Assembly: GCF_020745735.1 (NCBI RefSeq)
Contig: NC_083431.1
Coordinates: forward strand, 45,722,496-45,786,495
Length of the DNA stretch: 64,000 nucleotides
Direction: 5' to 3'
Source of the DNA: Hemiscyllium ocellatum
Taxonomy: Eukaryota
Below the pieces are notes generated by a model, which was not told the DNA's origin, searched no databases, and worked only from the letters and a program-made list of their open reading frames with translations. Numbering within the stretch: the first letter of the stretch is position 1; each line of letters opens with the position of its first letter. The translations under genes were made by a program, and so were the position numbers. Of the stretch, positions 1 through 12,487 are shown one piece after another.

Positions 1-887
1 CCCTCCTTAGAAAAATGATCTGCTCTGAAACGAGGTACAACTACTTTGAGAGAGTTTATAACACATGAATGAGAATAGCTGCAGTGCAGTTTGAGGCCAT
101 TCATCCCATCATGTCTGTACTCTCTCTCTGTAAAAGGAAATCACCTGGTCCTACTTCCAACTTTCTCCCATTGCACTGTAAATATTTGCACCAGATAATT
201 GTCCTCTTGTCTTTTGTAGATCGTGTGAGATCACAAGATGAGAGGAAATAGAAGGGGCAGGCCACTCGTCCTCTTGTTCTTGCTCTGTCAATCAATCAGG
301 TCACAGCTAATCTGTTGTGGCCTTAACTCTAATTTCTTGCCTGCTCCCCGTAACATTTGGACTCCCGTATAGATCAAAACTCAACCTTGAGTATGTTGAA
401 TTTCCCCACCTCCATCACTCGCTGGGGAAGAAGAGAACGTTAACCTACTTTTGGCTCTTCAGAAGAACCTCATCAGGTACTCACGGATAAAGTTCTCCTT
501 ACCTTTTTAATTTCCAAACCTCCAACTCCATAACTCATTACCAAATCTCTGCTCCCATTGGCCTGGACAGCGGCAGTGTCTGTGCACACATTCTGATCAA
601 CAACAGCCTTCAGGAACTACAAACAGACCCAGCACCAGGGTCCCACAAACTAAGGCAGTGCTTTAGAAACTTCAAGGGATGATGGTGCCACCTGGAAAAC
701 CATTCTGGGACAATCTATCAGATCACTGATATTCCTGACAATCAGTTTGTTTTATATTAACGTCAGGGGGGGATCTTGGACATGTGTTGCTAAATTCCTG
801 TGGAATTTTAATACGTGCATAAAGTGTTGGTACATCTCCACAACAGCTCATGGATCTTCCATGTCCTCGAAAATATCAATTCCTTAC

Positions 888-1040
888 CTTTTGCATTTTC
901 AAATTGTTTGTTTAAAAATTTAGCTTCCTCCAGGATTCTTGCCTCCAGAGATCTCTTCCCAAGCCCAAGGTTTCTCAGTGTCGAAAGTGAAAACCTTCTC
1001 TGTTCCCTCCACCAAGGGCCATACCTTGCGAAGACAATAC
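888..1040 (-). CDS. CYP2D: CYP2D-like gene A, exon 3 (153 nt); exons 4-9 expected left of the window
   Basis: AG acceptor (1041-1042) and GT donor (886-887), phase 1/1. Translates (G)[50 protein letters not shown](G) with the C-helix WxxxR motif; near-identical to exon 3 of gene B. The symbol is a subfamily-level call only. Confidence 0.93.
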
Positions 1041-1579
1041 CTACAGCATTACAACAGAAAGATGGTGATTTTTATTTACAACTTTCTGTGGTATTGCATA
1101 ATGGACAATGTCTTCCAGAGAATCTTTCAAGAAGAGATGAGGAATGAGCAGCTAAATGGCACAACAATGTTCCTTTCACCATAATGTTATTCATTGAGAT
1201 CTGGTCCACTCACCAACGGTCATGAAAAATAGAAAAAGAGCATTTTAAAAGTTGACACTGTGAAGTAAAGAAGAACTTGTAAGTGATTAAATTCCTAATG
1301 GTGAGGAGGCCACTGCTTTTGGTGCAATAGATTTGATCACTTTCAGCAGGTTAACAATGCAAAATCACTTATCAAAATCCATTAAATAGATCACCTCCAT
1401 TATGAAGGAAAATCCAGTAAAATGAACAAGAAAAGAAGCTTTATGACGGTTGTTAGCTCTGTGGGGTTGCATGATGATTGGGAGCATGCATTCTGCTCAG
1501 TTGTTTTAAAGTCATAGAGCTAAAACCATCAAAACAGACCCTTCATTTCAACTCTTCCATACTGACCAGATAATATAAG

Positions 1580-1810
1580 GAGGAGAAAGTGAGGACTGCA
1601 GAAGCTGTACAGAATCCAATAGTGTGGTGCTGGAAAAGCACAGCTGGTCAGGTAGCATCCGAGGAGCAGGAGAATCGATGTTTCGAGCATTAACTCTTCA
1701 TCGGGAATCAGCCCTATTCCTGATGATGAGCTTATTCATGAAATGTCAACCCTACTTCTCCTCGGATACTGCCTGACAGCTATCCTTTTCCAGCACCACA
1801 CTCTTCGACA
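1580..1810. mobile_element. Short fold-back Penelope-like element (PLE) terminus
   Basis: Begins GAGGAGAAAGTGAGGACTGCAG and has inverted arms; TSD CAGATAATA(T/C)AAG at 1567-1579 and 1811-1823. Confidence 0.8.
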
Positions 1811-1989
1811 CAGATAATACAAGTGTTTGCCTCGATTCTGGGTCAATCATTACTGTCTTGCCTTCAACTATGAAGTGATTTTACACAGTGCACCTTCAAT
1901 ATTACATGTCAAACTCTAGATGCTAAGAGGTAGTAACCTACCAACTCTCAATAGGTGTGAAACCATACTTAAGAACAATGGACAAGCTG

Positions 1990-1991
<2 letters not shown>

Positions 1992-2041
<50 letters not shown>
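1992..2041 (+). repeat. (TG)25 microsatellite
   Basis: Perfect dinucleotide run in intron 2 of gene A. Confidence 0.98.
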
Positions 2042-2043
<2 letters not shown>

Positions 2044-2519
2044 GGAATCAGAGCCTTTTATGTAAATATGTCTTCCATAGCCAACAGAAGGTTCTCCAGG
2101 TCAGGTGACTATATTCCATCTCATGAGGAAGTGCCAAAATGATGATTCCAATCCATTCTGCAGGAAGGCTGGATGACATTTTGTGAGGAATTTCTCAGCT
2201 TTTGATCAACTTTACAATTCCTCTGCAATTCTAATTGAAAAAGAAAGGAGCCTCTTCCTTCCTGAAAGATTTCTAACCAGGAGATATATCTGGGATTGCA
2301 CTAGCTAATATGAGACTATCAACTCGCTTGTCTCCAGAAGCAGATCCTGTCGTAGCTGACTCTTAATTTCCGATGTGGCACTTTTCTGATAGTTGAGAGC
2401 AGGATTCTTCAATCAGCCAATTTGTCTGATCAGTGCTAACGAAGAAGTGCCACATGATGAAGGAGTGGTGCAAGTTCCAGGATTTTCAATTTTAAGGGAT
2501 GGTCTGACAGGGCTTTCAT

Positions 2520-3455
2520 TATTATGAAGATGTGGGTGTACTATCCCTTTAAGAGAGTAAACACTAGCAGTGACAGCACCAAGTCTTCTCAATAAGACAC
2601 AATGTGACATGTGCTCCAGCTCCTGAAGTAATTGGTTGCCTGGAAACGACAAAACAGATTTGAATACCCTGAAAAAAATACCAAATTTCAATTAAGTTTG
2701 AATTGAGTATATTGACAATCTTAAAAGCCAATGACGCAATCCAATGCTATAAGACCAGGGAAACTTGAACAGTTGGGAGGAGAACTGCCACCAGACCAAC
2801 AGCTGTAGACCCTGGGTGAACTCTGGAGAGGCGGCATGGTGGCACAGTAGTTAGCACTGCTGCCTCACAGCGCCAGGGACCTGGGTTCAATTCCCGCCTC
2901 AGGCGACTGACTGTGTGGAGTTTGCACGTTCTCCCCGTGTCTGCGTGGGTTTCCTCCGGGTGCTCCGGTTTCCTCCCACAGTCCAAAGATGTGCGGGTCA
3001 GGTGAATTGGCCATGCTAAATTGCCCCTAGTGTTAGGTAAGGGGTATATGTAGGGGTATGGGAGGGTTGCGCTTCGGCGGGTCGGTGTGGACTTGTTGGG
3101 CCGAAGGGCCTGTTTCCACACTGTAAGTAATCTAATAAACTTCGACACTGACTTGGGGAGCAAATCTACTGAAGATAAAGAGAAGATTTGACTGCTGGCT
3201 GGTTTTAAAATTTGAATTTTCCAGTAAATCTTAAATGGGAGTTTTATCGGACTAGTATTGTAGAAGGGGAGGTAAAGATAGGAGGTGTAAATAGTGAGTT
3301 AATTATTCTCTGCTTTACTTTAAAGAAATAAAGTTGTTAATTTTTATTTTAAGTAGTTCTTGGCTTCTCAAATTTTCACAGATTACTGCACGGGATAAAT
3401 CTTCTTTGTGTTACTGTTTTAAATTAAGCAGGAGGGTTTACTCAGTGTCATAACA
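2520..3455 (+). mobile_element. Solo LTR-like element with nested SINE
   Basis: T(A)TTATGAAG...GTGTCATAACA termini; homologous to 10364-11071, 17484-18281 and 18488-19785. Confidence 0.65.
2830..3135 (+). mobile_element. tRNA-derived V-SINE (HE1-like), full length
   Basis: A box TGGCACAGTAGTTAG, B box GGTTCAATTCC, V-domain TGTGTGGAGTTTGCACGTTCTCCCCGTGTCTGCGTGGGTTTCCTCCGGG, and a CR1-like tail. Confidence 0.9.
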
Positions 3456-3919
3456 ACATAGTGTTCCTGATGATCTGGCCCAAGAGCATTGGGAACAGTC
3501 AACCTGAATGTCCAGGAAAATTCAGCAGTGAGGGAAACAGGTAAGGTTTAACAAATATCAGTGAGCCAGCTGTAATAACAATGTGACCTCAGTAATCTTA
3601 TGTTGTACAAAGAGGTTAGCCCCTTCACAAATCTGGACATATTGCTCTGTAACCGTACCATCATGTATGGTGTAACAATAAACGTATGTTAACAGTTACA
3701 AAGACTCCTGGCCTCAATTGGTATCAAGACCCAAGCAATGCACAGTAGAGCACAATGAAAGCACCTCTGAAATGAACCACTGCTTGGTTTGGCTGGGGTC
3801 CCAATACAAAAGGTGGCAGCTCTGTACATAGCTGGCACCAATAAAGAGTACTGCCCTCGGATTGGCTGGGGAGTTTCCTTCCTTCTGGTGGGGACTCTCT
3901 TTGCTGACATCTGGTAATT

Positions 3920-4400
3920 TAGAGTCATACAGCATGGAAACAGACAGTGCACGTCGACCAGCTGCCTGCACTTGGCTTATATCCCTCCAATTCATGTGCT
4001 TATCCAAATGTCTTTTAAATGTTGTCACTGCACCACTTCCTCTGGCAGTTCATTCCACACATGAAGCACCCTGTGTAAAAAAGCTGCCCCTCATGTCCAT
4101 TCTAAATCTTTCTCCTCTCACCCCAAAAATACCCCCCTAATTTTGAACTTCCCCATCCTAGGGAAAAGACTCTAGTCATTCACCTTGGAAAGGCCCCTCA
4201 TAATTTTATAAACCTCTATAAAGGTCAACCCCTCAATGTTCTAGCAAAAATAAAATTCCCAGTCTTTCCAGTCTATTTTTATGTCTCAAACCCTCCATTC
4301 CCAGCAACATCCTGGTAATTTTTTTCTGAACCCTCTCCAGTTTAATAATATCCTTCCTTTAACAGGGCAACCAGAGCTGTACGCAGTACTGCAGAACCAT
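3920..4400 (-). mobile_element. CR1/HER1-type LINE 3' fragment
   Basis: Degenerate ORF2 C-terminus (..TTFKRHLDKHMN) and tail matching the other CR1 ends in the window. Confidence 0.75.
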
Positions 4401-5644
4401 GTTTCTGCACATGAAATGGTCAAACGTTTGGGTGAATTGTGACAACCAGTTTGGGGCAGGTTTTCCACTTACACAGTATAGGATTCCTTCATGTTTGTGA
4501 AGATCATTCAGGACTTGAATTTTTATCGCCTTGCAATATCCATGTACTTATTTAACACTGCTACTCTATTTATCAATTTACCCACGTAGACATCTGCACT
4601 GTAGCACTCTGTCATGACAATCTACACCTGGCACTATTGTGTGAATCAATATTCACTGAACTTATAAGCTCAACAGCTTTTGGATGTAGGTATGCTCGCT
4701 GAGCTGGAAGGTTTATTTCCAGAGAAGGCAGGAAAATGGATTATCAGATTAGCCAATGATCTCAGTGAATGGCAGGGCAGATTCAATGGCTGATTTCTGC
4801 CCCTTTTCTTAGAGTTAATGCTGTATTTCCACTTTTGAAGATTAAAGCTGGAATGACTCTGTTTCCTGGGGAATCACTTGGACTGAGATTCTCCCTGGTC
4901 TTGGAGGTCACGTTGTCCAGCTTCTCCAGAACAGAACTGTCAGGATTGGCACTGAAAGCCTTTTCAGGGACAATGTTCTCCATTGAGTAAGAGTCTAAGG
5001 TATTTCTTAATCCACTCACAGATTTCTGTCTTCAGGGACAATTACCCCAGTTGCCCTCTTTGAGGGAGCTGATTTAGTTGCTGCTAGGCATGTTGTTTTC
5101 TGGCTTCCTTTATGCATCTCTCTCACAGGATTTCAGCGATGGTGCAACATTAAAACTCATGCTGAGACTTTACTCTGCTAGTTCTGAGGACATCTAGGTT
5201 TTGTTGCTGGGGGCTGCAAGTACCTCATGTGGGCTGTCCATTTGGCTGTAGAAACTGACTCCATTTCAGGCCAATTCTCCAACTAATCAGCAATCCCCTT
5301 CCCACACACAAGGAGTATAGATTTGTTGATGGTGGCACACAGAGTATCCAAAAGGGATGGATAACATTCTGCATCAGAGAATTCAGAGAATCTAGACTTA
5401 AGTATTTACACTGAAACCAGTATTGGAGTGGTTTGATGAATAATACATTTGAATTTACCGAAACCAGTCCCCCAGACACACCAAGACCCAACTCCTCTGG
5501 AGATTTTAGCATCCATTCCCACGGATACAGTGGGATACTGAATGTCCTGCAGATTGCCCAATGGAAGGAAGCAGAAGCTGTAAAACAATTCCCAACCTAT
5601 TTCCCAGGATTTCTGTGGCTGTCTCTAAAACCTGCAACATTTAC

Positions 5645-5813
5645 CTTCCCCTATCATCTTAACGATTTCGTCATACACTGCAAACTGTGGCCGGTCGGCA
5701 AAGTCTTCCGATTTCTTCACCAGCGCCTCTTTTAGGGTTTTGTAGCCGTTTAGTATCACTGTGTTGGTCCATCCGAACTGTACACTCACCACATCGCCAT
5801 ATTCCTTCCACAG
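5645..5813 (-). CDS. CYP2D: CYP2D-like gene A, exon 2 (169 nt)
   Basis: Polypyrimidine tract plus AG acceptor, GTAAAT donor. Translates [56 protein letters not shown](G); same length and phase as gene B exon 2. Confidence 0.93.
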
Positions 5814-6912
5814 CTTAAAACATAATAAAGAGAAACATGAGTTAACTAGGCAAAAGGGGAAGGTATCATTTTGACTTTCTCACTGGCCACATGTGGGTCA
5901 GATAACAACATGGGTCAGCGCAGAATGATTTCAAACACAGAGAGTCGCCCACAGCCCTGGTCTGCTGAGGTGGGTTTGGGCCTCAATATGTCAGGCTTCC
6001 CAGTCACATTCCGAGGCTGGTGTTATGTTTGTTGTGTACAGCGAATGTTGCACTGGTTAATGCAATCACCCATCAACTGATTAATACTGAGAAATACTTA
6101 AATACTGTAACCACACACACACACCACTGAACACATCCTTTAGTATCCTTCAATGGATACTAAAGAAACAAAAGACTTGGTTCTGGGCTGGCAGCTAAGA
6201 ATATAGCAGCAACTAACACTTTTCCCCAGTCACCACCCAGTGAATCAAATTAAAATAGCTTTAAAATCTGGAACGGTATAGCCAATTTTCTCTACACGTC
6301 TTTGCATTTGTTTTTCATAAGATGAAAACACACACAAAGCAATGCACTAAAGCTAGAATTCAAGCATATATTATGGCAGTCATGTAGTTAACTTAGTGTT
6401 GCAATGTATGCCCGGGATCATGTTACAAAGCTCCAGTAACAGATAATGGTAGTGGATTGTGATAGGTTAGTTAAATCACTGGGAGATGAGCTAATGCTGA
6501 AGATCATGTGTTGTAATGTGATAGGTTAAGTGTGATGGAGGGAACCAGTTTGACAGATGATGATTAGTTTAGAGAGGCAAAGCAAGCCACCATTATTAGC
6601 TATGCTAATGTTATCTGATAAGCATGGAACCAACAAATTGGAGGAGAACAAAGCGCTTGTGGAGAGTCGGGGAGATATTTTGTTGACTCCCACAGCTTTG
6701 ATTTTACTAGATTTAAATTTGTGCAGGATTTCTGCATCTCCTGGTAATTTTTTTTACAGAACATTGAGTAATTCTTTCACAATATCTGTTGCAAAACCAT
6801 TTCAGGAACACAAAATGGGATCAGAATAAACAACGTTCACCCCACAATTTCTTTTTGCTCCCTCTACTCAATGTCAATCTCTTTTAAATTAAGTTTCCAA
6901 AATAACTTGTTT

Positions 6913-7106
6913 GGAGATGCTGGTGTTGGACTGGGGAGTACAAAGTTAAAAATCACACAACATCAGGTTATAGTCCAACAGGTTTATTTGGAAGCACTAG
7001 CTTTCGGAGCACTGCTCCTTCAGCCACTTGATGAAGGAGCGGTGATTCGAAAGCTAGTGCTTCCAAATAAACCTGTTGGACTATAACCTGATGTTGTGTG
7101 ATTTTT
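6913..7106. mobile_element. Palindromic PLE-derived element, family 2
   Basis: About 75-bp inverted arms AATCACACAACATCAGGTTATAGTCCAACAGG...; homologs at 33682-33878 and 36632-36750. Confidence 0.75.
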
Positions 7107-7240
7107 TTAAGCCATATTAACTTATTAGACAAATTCATCACACTTTGTCAGATAAATTGCAGGCTATCGTGAACTCCTAGTTCCAGGACACAATGGATCT
7201 CTCTCACTCACTCTCCGCTGTCTGACCATTTGTGCTTTAC

Positions 7241-7447
7241 CTTGGCAAACGATAAGTGGGGGCTGTTCCAGTTCACTTGAAAAATGTTCCCAATGAAAGG
7301 CAAACCCCAGGGCCCAGGAGGGTAGTTCTGACCCTTGCGTCTCTTCATGAAGTCAAAGACCAGGGCAAACACCATGAAGAACAAGGCCAGCATAGAGAAT
7401 CTGTCAAACACTGAGGTGAAAAATCTGGGAAAAGCTGAGAGCTCCAT
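7241..7447 (-). CDS. CYP2D: CYP2D-like gene A, exon 1 (207 nt)
   Basis: ATG at 7447. [69 protein letters not shown] contains a signal-anchor, a basic KRRK stretch and the PPGP hinge; AAG|GTAAAG donor. Confidence 0.93.
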
Positions 7448-7534
7448 TTTTCCCAGAGACAAACTCTTGTCCAGCAGCCAGAGATCAAATTCCACCCCGC
7501 TCTGTCAGCTGACAATGAGCGAGGCTGCTGGGGA

Positions 7535-7559
7535 TTTTAGTGGGAGTGGTTCCCCAATC
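7535..7559 (-). promoter_or_regulatory. Putative core promoter of gene A (GATTGG..CCACTCCC-ACTAAAA)
   Basis: The same motif sits about 80-95 nt upstream of the ATG in genes A, B (exon 1b) and C. Function is inferred from conservation only. Confidence 0.4.
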
Positions 7560-8212
7560 TCATTTAACACTCTACATGTTGTGACAAGGCTGACTTCAAT
7601 CACAGTCAGAGTTTGTACAGAAAAGAACTCTGTCAACGTAAATTAGAAACAAAATAGTTCTTAAAAGCAATTTCTCTTAAAACAAGAACAATCTTTACTT
7701 CTGTGCCTAAAACCCTTTCATTTGTCTTGGCTTTAATTTGCAAACCACAGCTGGATCTGCAATCACCAGAAAAAGGGGCGGTGAAATGTTTCGATCCCTT
7801 TCATTGGTTAACCGTTCTTTTACACTCGTATTGCAAACTCTCTACATACTTTCCTTAAAAGGATACTAAAGAAACAAAAGACTTGGTTCTGGGCAGGCAG
7901 CTAAGAATACAGCAGCAACTCACAATTTTCCCCAGTCACCACCCACCCTGGTTATCATCCAGTGAATCAAATTACAGTAACCTGAAAACCCGGAAAAGTG
8001 CAGCAAACTTTCTTTGCATGTCCTTGCATTTGTTTTTCAAAAGGTGAAAACACACACACACACACACACAGCAGTACACTAAAGCGAGCATTCAAGCAGA
8101 TATCTGTAGCCAAACCATTTCAGGAACACAAAATGGGATCAGAATGAACAAGGTTCACCCCATAATTTCTTCTTTCGCCATCTACTCAATGTCAATCTGT
8201 TTTAAATTTAGA

Positions 8213-8483
8213 TTAGATAACTTAGAGTTATCTGTAAACAGGCCCTTTGGCCCAATAATCCACACTGACCCACTGAAGTGCAACCCACCCATACCCTTAC
8301 ACCTAACACTATGGGCCATTTAGCACGGCCAATTCACCTAACCAGCACATCTTTAGACTGTGGGAGAAAACCCACGCAGACACAGGGAGAATGTGCAAAC
8401 TCCACACAGACAGTCGCCTGAGACAGGAATTGAACCCAGGTCTCTAATGCTGTGAGGTAGCAGTGCTAACCACTGTGCCACCG
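8213..8483 (-). mobile_element. HE1-like V-SINE
   Basis: Reverse-complement match to 2830-3135. Confidence 0.88.
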
Positions 8484-9984
8484 GAATGTATTAGACAAAT
8501 ACAAAAGAAAGCTAAAGTGAATAGACTGTTTGGCTGTTATTCCAGTTTCTGTTGTTGGTAGTTTGTAATACTGGGAGCCTGGATCAGGAAAACAGCTTTC
8601 GGAGGAAACATGAAGATGATGTGTTGCAAGATAATTTTTTAAGTTCTACATAACTGGTTGACCATAGTTTCATTCTTGTGAACCATGGAGACCTCTCACA
8701 TAGGTTAAGAAATCAAAACATGTATGTTGCTATGACACACATGAAAAGAGTTTAAATTGCTTGGCATGTAAGTACTGTAGATGTCTTTACTGAAATAGTT
8801 CCTGCTGGACTAGGTTAACTCATTGGAAAAAGTGATAAGATCGCCGTTAAATGAAATGGAAAGACGTGTTATGGTAAAGGGCTGAGGCAAGATGTGAAGA
8901 CGATCACTTAAGTTGCGAGTGTTCGTTTGATCTTGAATTAATTTCTTGAAAAATTGGTGGAACCAGGTTCAACAATAAATTTCAAATGAAATTGGGCAGA
9001 TACGCGAAGGAAGGTTTGCAGGAGGATGGCGAGACGGCTAGCATGGAGATGATAGGGCCGAATTGGTTCCCTCTGTTGCGTCAATCTTCCTGTGGCCCCT
9101 CGAAGCAAGGAGGGTGCTTGCCACAGAGTGGGGGCCTGTGGGAAGAATCCAGGTGTGGATTCGTTTAACAAGAGGAGGCTGTTGTGTTGAGTTCCTCTTG
9201 GTTTTGACTGGACGGAAAGCTCTCCTGATTCTGCTCCACAGGCATTTTGGGAGGATTTGCAGGTTAATAATCAACCTGTTTGACCCCATGATGAATGTCC
9301 TGAACTGACAGCTGCTGGCTCAGAGACAGGGACACTACCTACTGCACCTAGAGATATCCACTGATTTTACTGCAGTTTAGTGCCAAAGCAAAATCTGCAA
9401 ACATCCAGTGCACTCACACACATGTATGCAATCAATATCGATTCATGTGCCCTATAACTGCCAATGTTTACTTGCTTCTAAGGAAAAACTTAATGGGTGC
9501 CAATTTCCACAGTGTTCAGAATCTGCTGCTGTAACCTCTCGGAAAATGCAATGAAAACTCTGCTAATACAGTAATTTGAAGTTTTTTACTGAGTCGTTTG
9601 CACGATGTAGGTGTCACTGATTCTGCCAGCATTTGTTATCCTTCCCCAATTGCCCTTGAGTGGGTGAAGGTGAGCCGGCGTCTTGAACTACTGTAATCCG
9701 TGTGGTGTATGGACACCCATAGCACTGTTAAAGAAGGGAATAACTGGGTATTGATCCAGTGACAGTGAAGATACAGTGACATGGTTCCAAGTCAAGATGT
9801 TGTATAGTTTGGAGGCAATGTTATGGCAACTCCAGGGATATTTATTGCATGTTTATAATAGGAAATTTATGATTCACATATTAGGTATACAGATGCTTCA
9901 AATCATGTCATTAATCATGGATTGTCAACTAACAGGAGAAAAAAATCAATGGGGATAAAAAGCCATGGATCTTCGAAAGGAAAT

Positions 9985-10310
9985 ACATGCATTTGTATAA
10001 CACTTTTCATAACCTCAAGACTTCACAAAGTATTTTCTTGTTAATTTAATACTTAGTGAAGTTTAGCCACTGTTGTAATGTAGCAGTCAATTTGCACACA
10101 GCAAGCTCCCATAAACAGGAGCACAGCAAAGAGAATACTTTATTGATGTTGATCGAGAGACAAATATTGGCCAGAAATGATACCCTGGGATCTTTTAGAT
10201 CCACCTCCAAAGGCTGAAGGGATCTCGATTTGATGTCTCATCCAGAAGTGCAACATACCTTCATCACTAGCATTAGGAGAGCAGGCAGTCCCCTCTTTAT
10301 GAACATCTGA
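9985..10310 (-). mobile_element. Old Deu-domain-type SINE remnant (tentative)
   Basis: GCAGTCAATTTGCACACAGCAAGCTCCC-type sequence; a similar decayed copy lies at about 63570-63900. Confidence 0.4.
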
Positions 10311-10363
10311 CTTACAAATGCTCATACTTACGAATGAGAGTCCATACAGGGGTGTATTAATAT

Positions 10364-11071
10364 TGTAACAACATGACGATGAACCCTCTGCTAATTAAAC
10401 CAAACACACAGAAAAGATCACCTCGCCTCATAACATGTTAAAGTATGAGTGACAGAGAACTGCCAAAATTCCACTTTTTAACAAAAAAAATCAATTTTAT
10501 TCTTTAACTCTAAAGTGAAGGTTAAACACAACTATTTACAACTGTAACCCTCCTTTCTCTTAAAGGTTTGTTATCTACCTCACACTCTAACAATACACTG
10601 ATCCAATAAAGCCCCTATTAAATTTACAGCAACTCAATTTTCAAAACCAGACAGTGGCTGTCATCTCCGGTGTTGATCTTTCTCTGTTTGCAGTTCTTCC
10701 TGGTTCACCTTCGGTCTTCTGCTGCTCAGATGTTTCATACGAAAAAGGTACCTTTGATAGAGAGTGTTTTCGGGCAGTCTGTCTGACAATGGCAGGTGGT
10801 GCTCTTTCTGGCGAACTGTCCAAAATGACTGCTTTTTATACCCCAACACATCGGATTGTCTCATTGGTTCGACATTGTCAAAACAGTAAAATTCAAATTC
10901 AACTGGGTTTTAGTATCTTGGGGCATCATTTAAACTGCTGTGAAAACAACTTAAAGCCAAAATGCTACATCTTTCAATTTTTCAGCATCTTCTCTGACAT
11001 GATAGGTGCTTGCCAGCTTTCAGCTTTCACTCTCTCTAAAAGGTACAGTATACGCCCTCAACTTCATAACA
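10364..11071 (-). mobile_element. Solo LTR (Gypsy/ERV-type)
   Basis: TG...CA termini with a perfect 4-bp TSD ATAT (10360-63, 11072-75); no internal ORF. Confidence 0.78.
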
Positions 11072-12487
11072 ATATTAATTTTAAAGATCTGACTTAAGAA
11101 TATATCCTTGTGCTTATGAACAGCTATTTTAGTCCTGAAGGGTTGCTGCATCTGAAATGTTAACTCTACTTTCTCTCCACGGATACTGCCAGTGTTTTTC
11201 CAGCAATATCGGTTTCTGTGACAGCTATTTTAAATGTGTTCCAACTTGTGTACAAATCGACTTATGAAATAGTCAAGAATGGAACTGATTCAATTCCAAA
11301 GGACTCCCTGTATCAGCTGAGAATCTTGTACTTAAAGCAGGGATGAAGTTTGGAACAGCACCAGTATAAGGCAGGAGGAGCAGCTACTGATGTTTTAGTA
11401 CAGAGACCAGGAAGTGAGATATAGGCCGGTGTGTGCAGAGTCGTAGGATTTAGGGCCTGATGTGAGAAGGAAGATTGTGAGATAATTTAGCTGGAACAGA
11501 AAAAGATTCTCAACTGCGTGGGAAATGAAGTAATAAGTCCAAATTAATAATCAAAAGTAGGATTAAGTATCAAGTTTCTGTTCATAATCAGATTCTCTTT
11601 TTAATTTACATAAAGAGATAAAAGTGATCTTGTACAAAAATAAAGTGCTTCTAAATGATTTCTTCTGAATCATTGCTACAGCAGCAATATTTTTTGAATG
11701 ACTGGTAATGTTGTATAATGTTATATAAAACAGGACAGTAACCAAAGAGATTAAACAAAAGCAGGCAACAATACTGAGTTCAATTTAAATGACAAATTAA
11801 GATAAATATTGAGTTGATTTGATGACTGTGATTGGATTAGCATAATGCTGTCCCTATGAAGCTTTGTTTACTTTAGTAAGTATTGCAAAATATTACTTGG
11901 AAGAACCATGCAATGGAATTTTGCCTCTTTCACTTGTGGGAGTGGGTGTCACTGGTTGGCTAGCATATATTACCCATTCCTCACCATCCTTGAGAAGGTG
12001 GGGGGTGAGCTGCCTTCTTGAACTGCTGCAGTTCATGTCCTTAGGCAGGGAATTCCAGAATTTTGACCCAGTAACGCTGAAGTAACAGCAATACATTTCC
12101 AAGATTTCTTATACACAATTTTAAGTATATTTCTGCTTAACTATCATCTTATGACCCCCTGCATTTTCTCCCATTCACATTTCCAACAGCTGTGCAAGTT
12201 ATTCCACGAGGATGGCCCACCCTCATGGCCAAAACTCTGCAGTGATTTGCCCTTGCTTTCAGTAGGATAGCTGACCAGGAAATTCACCCATTCTTATTGC
12301 CTGGCATCAGGCAAACTGGAATGATTTTCAGGCTGGCATTCGACTGGTTTGGTTGAGCTACAAATGTGCCTCCCATGGTCCAGAAAGACCTGACATGGGA
12401 TTCCAATCCAGAGCTCCTGGCTCAGAGAAAGGGACATAGCCACTGCACCCCAATCCGGCTGTTCTCTTAGGGTGGGGTTGAATTATC

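Larger units (their letters stand above)
6146..8502. repeat. Older direct duplication flanking gene A exon 1 (6146-6372, 6782-6890 and 7123-7133 repeated at 7852-8210 and 8489-8499)
   Basis: For example GGATACTAAAGAAACAAAAGACTTGGTTCTGGGC at 6155 and 7861; CCATTTCAGGAACACAAAATGGGATCAGAAT present in both copies. Confidence 0.85.

Noticed and set aside
1957-2142. ORF with a VCVCVC repeat
   Set aside because: Translation of a (TG)25 microsatellite.
2830-2905. tRNA gene
   Set aside because: The A/B boxes are the head of an HE1-like SINE and continue into the V-domain and LINE-like tail. The same applies at about 8410-8483, 18650-18720 and 21350-21428.
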